Shown one piece after another: positions 1 to 7,917 of a DNA stretch of 7,917 bases; positions within the stretch are counted from its first letter, which is position 1, and each line of letters opens with the position of its first letter. The translations under genes and the position numbers were made by a program. A model generated the notes under the pieces. The model was not told where the DNA came from, did no database searches, and worked only from the letters and a program-made list of their open reading frames with translations. Source of the stretch: a virus (Duplodnaviria; Heunggongvirae; Uroviricota; Caudoviricetes); the IMG/VR virus record IMGVR_UViG_2548876948_000002; one strand, given 5' to 3'.

Positions 1-11
1 ACCCCCTGAAA

Positions 12-27
12 AGAAAGGAAACGACAG
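12..27. promoter_or_regulatory. cosB R2-like terminase small-subunit (gpNu1) binding element
   Basis: Sequence AGAAAGGAAACGACAG at 12-27 is the exact reverse complement of 53-68. Position just upstream of nu1 matches the R2/R1 arrangement of lambda cosB (established knowledge). cosN, R3 and the IHF site would lie upstream of the window. Confidence 0.7.
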
Positions 28-52
28 GTGCTGAAAACGAACTTTTGGGCCT

Positions 53-68
53 CTGTCGTTTCCTTTCT
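53..68. promoter_or_regulatory. cosB R1-like gpNu1 binding element (inverted copy of R2)
   Basis: CTGTCGTTTCCTTTCT at 53-68 is a perfect 16-bp inverted repeat of 12-27, and lies 25 bp upstream of the nu1 start codon. Confidence 0.7.
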
Positions 69-92
69 CTGTTTTTGGCCGTGGAATGAACA

Positions 93-612
93 ATGGAAGT
101 CAACAAAAAGCAGCTGGCTGACATTTTTGGTGCGAGTATCCGTACCATTCAGAACTGGCAGGAACAGGGAATGCCCGTTCTGCGAGGCGGTGGCAAGGGT
201 AATGAGGTGCTTTATGACTCTGCCGCCGTCATAAAATGGTATGCCGAAAGGGATGCTGAAATTGAGAACGAAAAGCTGCGCCGGGAAGTTGAAGAACTGC
301 GGCAGGCCAGCGAGACAGATCTCCAGCCAGGGACTATTGAGTACGAACGCCATCGACTTACGCGTGCGCAGGCCGACGCACAGGAGCTGAAAAATGCCAG
401 AGACTCCGCTGAAGTGGTGGAAACCGCATTCTGTACTTTCGTGCTGTCGCGGATCGCAGGTGAAATTGCCAGTATTCTCGACGGGATCCCCCTGTCGGTG
501 CAGCGGCGTTTTCCGGAACTGGAAAACCGACATGTTGATTTCCTGAAACGGGATATCATCAAAGCCATGAACAAAGCAGCCGCGCTGGATGAACTGATAC
601 CGGGGTTGCTGA

Positions 613-638
<26 letters not shown>
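93..638 (+). CDS. nu1: Terminase small subunit gpNu1
   Basis: 181-aa ORF from ATG 93 to TAA 636-638. The N-terminus MEVNKKQLADIFGASIRTIQNWQEQGMPV is the gpNu1 winged-HTH DNA-binding region. Length matches lambda gpNu1 (181 aa). Confidence 0.96.
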
Positions 639-5559
<4,921 letters not shown>

Positions 5560-5568
5560 GGGATGTTT

Positions 5569-5901
5569 ATGACGAGCAAAGAAACCTTTACCCATTACCA
5601 GCCGCTGGGCAACAGTGACCCGGCACATACGGCAACCGCGCCCGGCGGATTGAGTGCGAAAGCGCCTGCAATGACCCCGCTGATGCCGGACACCTCCACC
5701 CGTAAGCTGGTTGCGTGGGATGGCACCACCGACGGTGCTGCCGTTGGCATTCTGGCGGTTGATGCTGACCAGACCAGCACCACGCTGACGTTCTACAAGT
5801 CCGGCACGTTCCGTTATGAGGATGTGCTCTGGCCGGAGGCTGCCAGCGACGAGACGAAAAAACGGACCGCGTTTGCCGGAACGGCAATCAGCATCGTTTA
5901 A
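5569..5901 (+). CDS. D: Head decoration protein gpD
   Basis: 110-aa product [27 protein letters not shown] ... AGTAISIV, ending at TAA 5899-5901. An AAGGGA Shine-Dalgarno-like motif sits at 5558-5563. The ATG at 5563 (MFM...) is too close to that motif, so 5569 is preferred. Confidence 0.9.
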   Translation: MTSKETFTHYQPLGNSDPAHTATAPGGLSAKAPAMTPLMPDTSTRKLVAWDGTTDGAAVGILAVDADQTSTTLTFYKSGTFRYEDVLWPEAASDETKKRTAFAGTAISIV

Positions 5902-5918
5902 CTTTACCCTTCATCACT

Positions 5919-5943
5919 AAAGGCCGCCTGTGCGGCTTTTTTT
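5919..5943 (+). terminator. Intrinsic-terminator-like hairpin in the D-E intergenic region
   Basis: GCCGC (5923-5927), loop CTGT, GCGGC (5932-5936), followed by a run of seven T (5937-5943). It is flanked upstream by AAAG, which could extend the stem with A-U pairs. Confidence 0.5.
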
Positions 5944-5956
5944 ACGGGATTTTTTT

Positions 5957-6982
5957 ATGTCGATGTACACAACCGCCCAGCTGCTGGCGGCAAATGAGCA
6001 GAAATTTAAGTTTGATCCGCTGTTTCTGCGTCTCTTTTTCCGTGAGAGCTATCCCTTCACTACGGAGAAAGTCTATCTCTCACAAATTCCGGGACTGGTA
6101 AACATGGCGCTGTACGTTTCGCCGATTGTTTCCGGTGAGGTTATCCGTTCCCGTGGCGGCTCCACCTCTGAATTTACGCCGGGATATGTCAAACCCAAGC
6201 ATGAAGTGAATCCGCAGATGACCCTGCGTCGCCTGCCGGATGAAGATCCGCAGAATCTGGCGGACCCGGCTTACCGCCGCCGTCGCATCATCCTGCAGAA
6301 CATGCGTGACGAAGAGCTGGCCATTGCTCAGGTCGAAGAGATGCAGGCAGTTTCTGCCGTGCTCAAGGGCAAATACACCATGACCGGTGAAGCCTTCGAT
6401 CCGGTTGAGGTGGATATGGGCCGCAGTGCGGCGAACAACATCACGCAGTCCGGCGGCACGGAGTGGAGCAAGCGTGACAAGTCCACGTATGACCCGACCG
6501 ACGATATCGAAGCCTACGCGCTGAACGCCAGCGGCGTGGTGAATATCATCGTGTTTGATCCGAAAGGCTGGGCGCTGTTCCGTTCCTTCAAAGCCGTCAG
6601 GGAGAAGCTGGATACCCGTCGCGGCTCTCATTCCGAGCTGGAGACAGCGGTGAAAGACCTGGGTAAAGCGGTGTCCTATAAGGGGATGTATGGCGATGTG
6701 GCCATCGTCGTGTATTCCGGACAGTACGTGGAAAACGGCGTCAAAAAGAACTTCCTGCCGGACAACACGATGGTACTGGGGAACACTCAGGCACGCGGTC
6801 TGCGCACCTATGGCTGCATTCAGGATGCGGACGCATTGAGTGAGGGTATTAATGCGTCTCCCCGTTATCCGAAAAACTGGAAGACATCCGGCGATCCGGC
6901 GCGAGAGTTCACCATGATTCAGTCAGCACCGCTGATGCTGCTGGCTGATCCTGATGATTTCGTGTCCGTTCAACTGGCGTAA
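5957..6982 (+). CDS. E: Major capsid protein gpE (HK97-fold)
   Basis: 341-aa ORF MSMYTTAQLLAANEQKFKFDPLFLRLFFRESYPFTTEKVYLSQIPGLVNMALYVSPIVSGE ... FVSVQLA, matching lambda gpE in length and sequence. The track's upstream GTG at 5930 lies inside the terminator hairpin and is rejected. Confidence 0.95.
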   Translation: MSMYTTAQLLAANEQKFKFDPLFLRLFFRESYPFTTEKVYLSQIPGLVNMALYVSPIVSGEVIRSRGGSTSEFTPGYVKPKHEVNPQMTLRRLPDEDPQNLADPAYRRRRIILQNMRDEELAIAQVEEMQAVSAVLKGKYTMTGEAFDPVEVDMGRSAANNITQSGGTEWSKRDKSTYDPTDDIEAYALNASGVVNIIVFDPKGWALFRSFKAVREKLDTRRGSHSELETAVKDLGKAVSYKGMYGDVAIVVYSGQYVENGVKKNFLPDNTMVLGNTQARGLRTYGCIQDADALSEGINASPRYPKNWKTSGDPAREFTMIQSAPLMLLADPDDFVSVQLA

Positions 6983-6984
6983 TC

Positions 6985-7010
6985 ATGGCCCTTCGGGGCC
7001 ATTTTCTCTC
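6985..7010 (+). promoter_or_regulatory. Stable stem-loop with TTCG tetraloop, then T-rich tract, in the E-FI intergenic region
   Basis: ATGGCCC (6985-6991), TTCG (6992-6995), GGGCCAT (6996-7002): a perfect 7-bp stem with a UUCG-type tetraloop, followed by TTTTCTCTC. It sits 3 nt after the E stop and 22 nt before the FI start. Confidence 0.45.
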
Positions 7011-7023
7011 TGTGGAGGAGTCC

Positions 7024-7419
7024 ATGACGAAAGATGAACTGATTGCCCGTCTCCGGTCGCTGGGTGAGCAACTGAACCGTGATGTCAGCCTGACGGGGAC
7101 GAAAGAAGAACTGGCACTCCGTGTGGCAGAGCTGGAAGAGGAGCTTGATGACACGGATGACGCTGCCGGTCAGGACACATCTGTCAGCCGGGAAAATGTG
7201 CTGACCGGGCATGAAAATGAGGTGGTATCAGCGCAGCCGGATACCGTGACTGATACGGCTGATCTGGTCACGGTTGTGGCACTGGTGACGCTGCATACCG
7301 ATGCACTTCACGCCACGCGGGATGAGGCTGTGGCATTTGTGCTGCCGGGAACGGCGTTCCGTGTCTCTGCCGGTGTGGCAGCTGAAATGACAGAGCGCGG
7401 CCTGGCCAGAATGCAATAA
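7024..7419 (+). CDS. FI: DNA-packaging accessory protein gpFI
   Basis: ATG at 7024 preceded by Shine-Dalgarno GGAGGAG at 7014-7020. The product MTKDELIARLRSLGEQLNRDVSLTGTKEELALRVAEL ... MTERGLARMQ is 131 aa; lambda gpFI is 132 aa from memory. The track's start at 6985 is inside the hairpin stem and is rejected. Confidence 0.9.
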   Translation: MTKDELIARLRSLGEQLNRDVSLTGTKEELALRVAELEEELDDTDDAAGQDTSVSRENVLTGHENEVVSAQPDTVTDTADLVTVVALVTLHTDALHATRDEAVAFVLPGTAFRVSAGVAAEMTERGLARMQ

Positions 7420-7430
7420 CGGGAGGCGCT

Positions 7431-7784
7431 GTGGCTGATTTCGATAACCTGTTCGATGCTGCCATTGCCCGCGCCGATGAAACGATACGCGGGTACATGG
7501 GAACGTCAGCCACCATGACATCCGGTGAGCAGTCCGGCGCAGTAATACGTGGTGTTTTTGATGACCCTGAAAATATCAGCTATGCCGGACAGGGCGTGCG
7601 CGTTGAAGGCTCCAGCCCGTCCCTGTTTGTCCGGACTGATGATGTGCGGCAACTGCGGCGTGGAGACACGCTGACCATCGGTGAGGAAAACTTCTGGATA
7701 GACCGGGTTTCGCCGGATGATGGTGGAAGCTGTCATCTCTGGCTTGGGCGGGGCGTATCGCCTGCCGTTAACCGTCGCCGCTGA
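7431..7784 (+). CDS. FII: Head completion / head-tail connector protein gpFII
   Basis: GTG start at 7431 with GGGAGG at 7421-7426. The 117-aa product (M)ADFDNLFDAAIARADETIRGYMGTSATMTSGEQSG ... PAVNRRR matches lambda gpFII length. Confidence 0.9.
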   Translation: MADFDNLFDAAIARADETIRGYMGTSATMTSGEQSGAVIRGVFDDPENISYAGQGVRVEGSSPSLFVRTDDVRQLRRGDTLTIGEENFWIDRVSPDDGGSCHLWLGRGVSPAVNRRR

Positions 7785-7795
7785 AAGGGGGATGT

Positions 7796-7917
7796 ATGGC
7801 CATAAAAGGTCTTGAGCAGGCCGTTGAAAACCTCAGCCGTATCAGCAAAACGGCGGTGCCTGGTGCCGCCGCAATGGCCATTAACCGCGTTGCTTCATCC
7901 GCGATATCGCAGTCGGC
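7796..7917 (+). CDS. Z: Tail assembly protein gpZ, 5' partial (continues beyond window)
   Basis: ATG at 7796 preceded by AAAGGGGGA. The translation MAIKGLEQAVENLSRISKTAVPGAAAMAINRVASSAISQS matches the lambda gpZ N-terminus. It is truncated by the window end. Confidence 0.8.
   Translation, partial: MAIKGLEQAVENLSRISKTAVPGAAAMAINRVASSAISQS

Noticed and set aside
28-234. 68-aa + strand ORF spanning cosB and the nu1 start
   Set aside because: It overlaps the cosB repeats and runs out of frame through the nu1 5' end. It has no ribosome-binding site and a low-complexity hydrophobic translation. The nu1 call explains this region.
5563-5568. Alternative D start two codons upstream (MFMTSKE...)
   Set aside because: The Shine-Dalgarno-like AAGGGA ends at 5563, directly abutting this ATG. 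5569 has proper spacing and matches the known gpD N-terminus. This remains ambiguous, but the choice does not affect interpretation.
5930-5956. Upstream GTG start for E (350-aa version)
   Set aside because: The GTG sits inside the D-E hairpin stem and the extension would encode a poly-Phe/Leu leader. ATG 5957 gives the known gpE N-terminus MSMYTT and the correct 341-aa length.
6985-7023. Upstream ATG start for FI (144-aa version)
   Set aside because: The ATG is part of the hairpin stem ATGGCCC. ATG 7024 has a well-placed GGAGGAG Shine-Dalgarno and gives the known FI N-terminus MTKDELIARL.

Overview
This window is the left-arm head-morphogenesis and DNA-packaging module of a bacteriophage lambda-like (lambdoid) phage or prophage, all on the + strand: part of cosB, then nu1, A, W/B, C with nested nu3, D, E, FI, FII and the 5' end of Z. 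Gene order, lengths and protein sequences match lambda closely, with scattered substitutions; comparisons to lambda are from memory, not from a search. I see no tRNA, CRISPR array, IS element, foreign cargo gene or unexplained ORF, so I do not claim a novel system here. The one clear anomaly is that W (head-tail joining protein) and B (portal) form a single 574-codon reading frame instead of two genes, consistent with an ~80 bp deletion. Smaller points are two intergenic hairpins (D-E and E-FI), a perfect 16-bp inverted repeat in cosB, and locally diverged patches in the E C-terminus and FI. The minus-strand ORFs in the track are treated as artefacts of GC-rich coding sequence.
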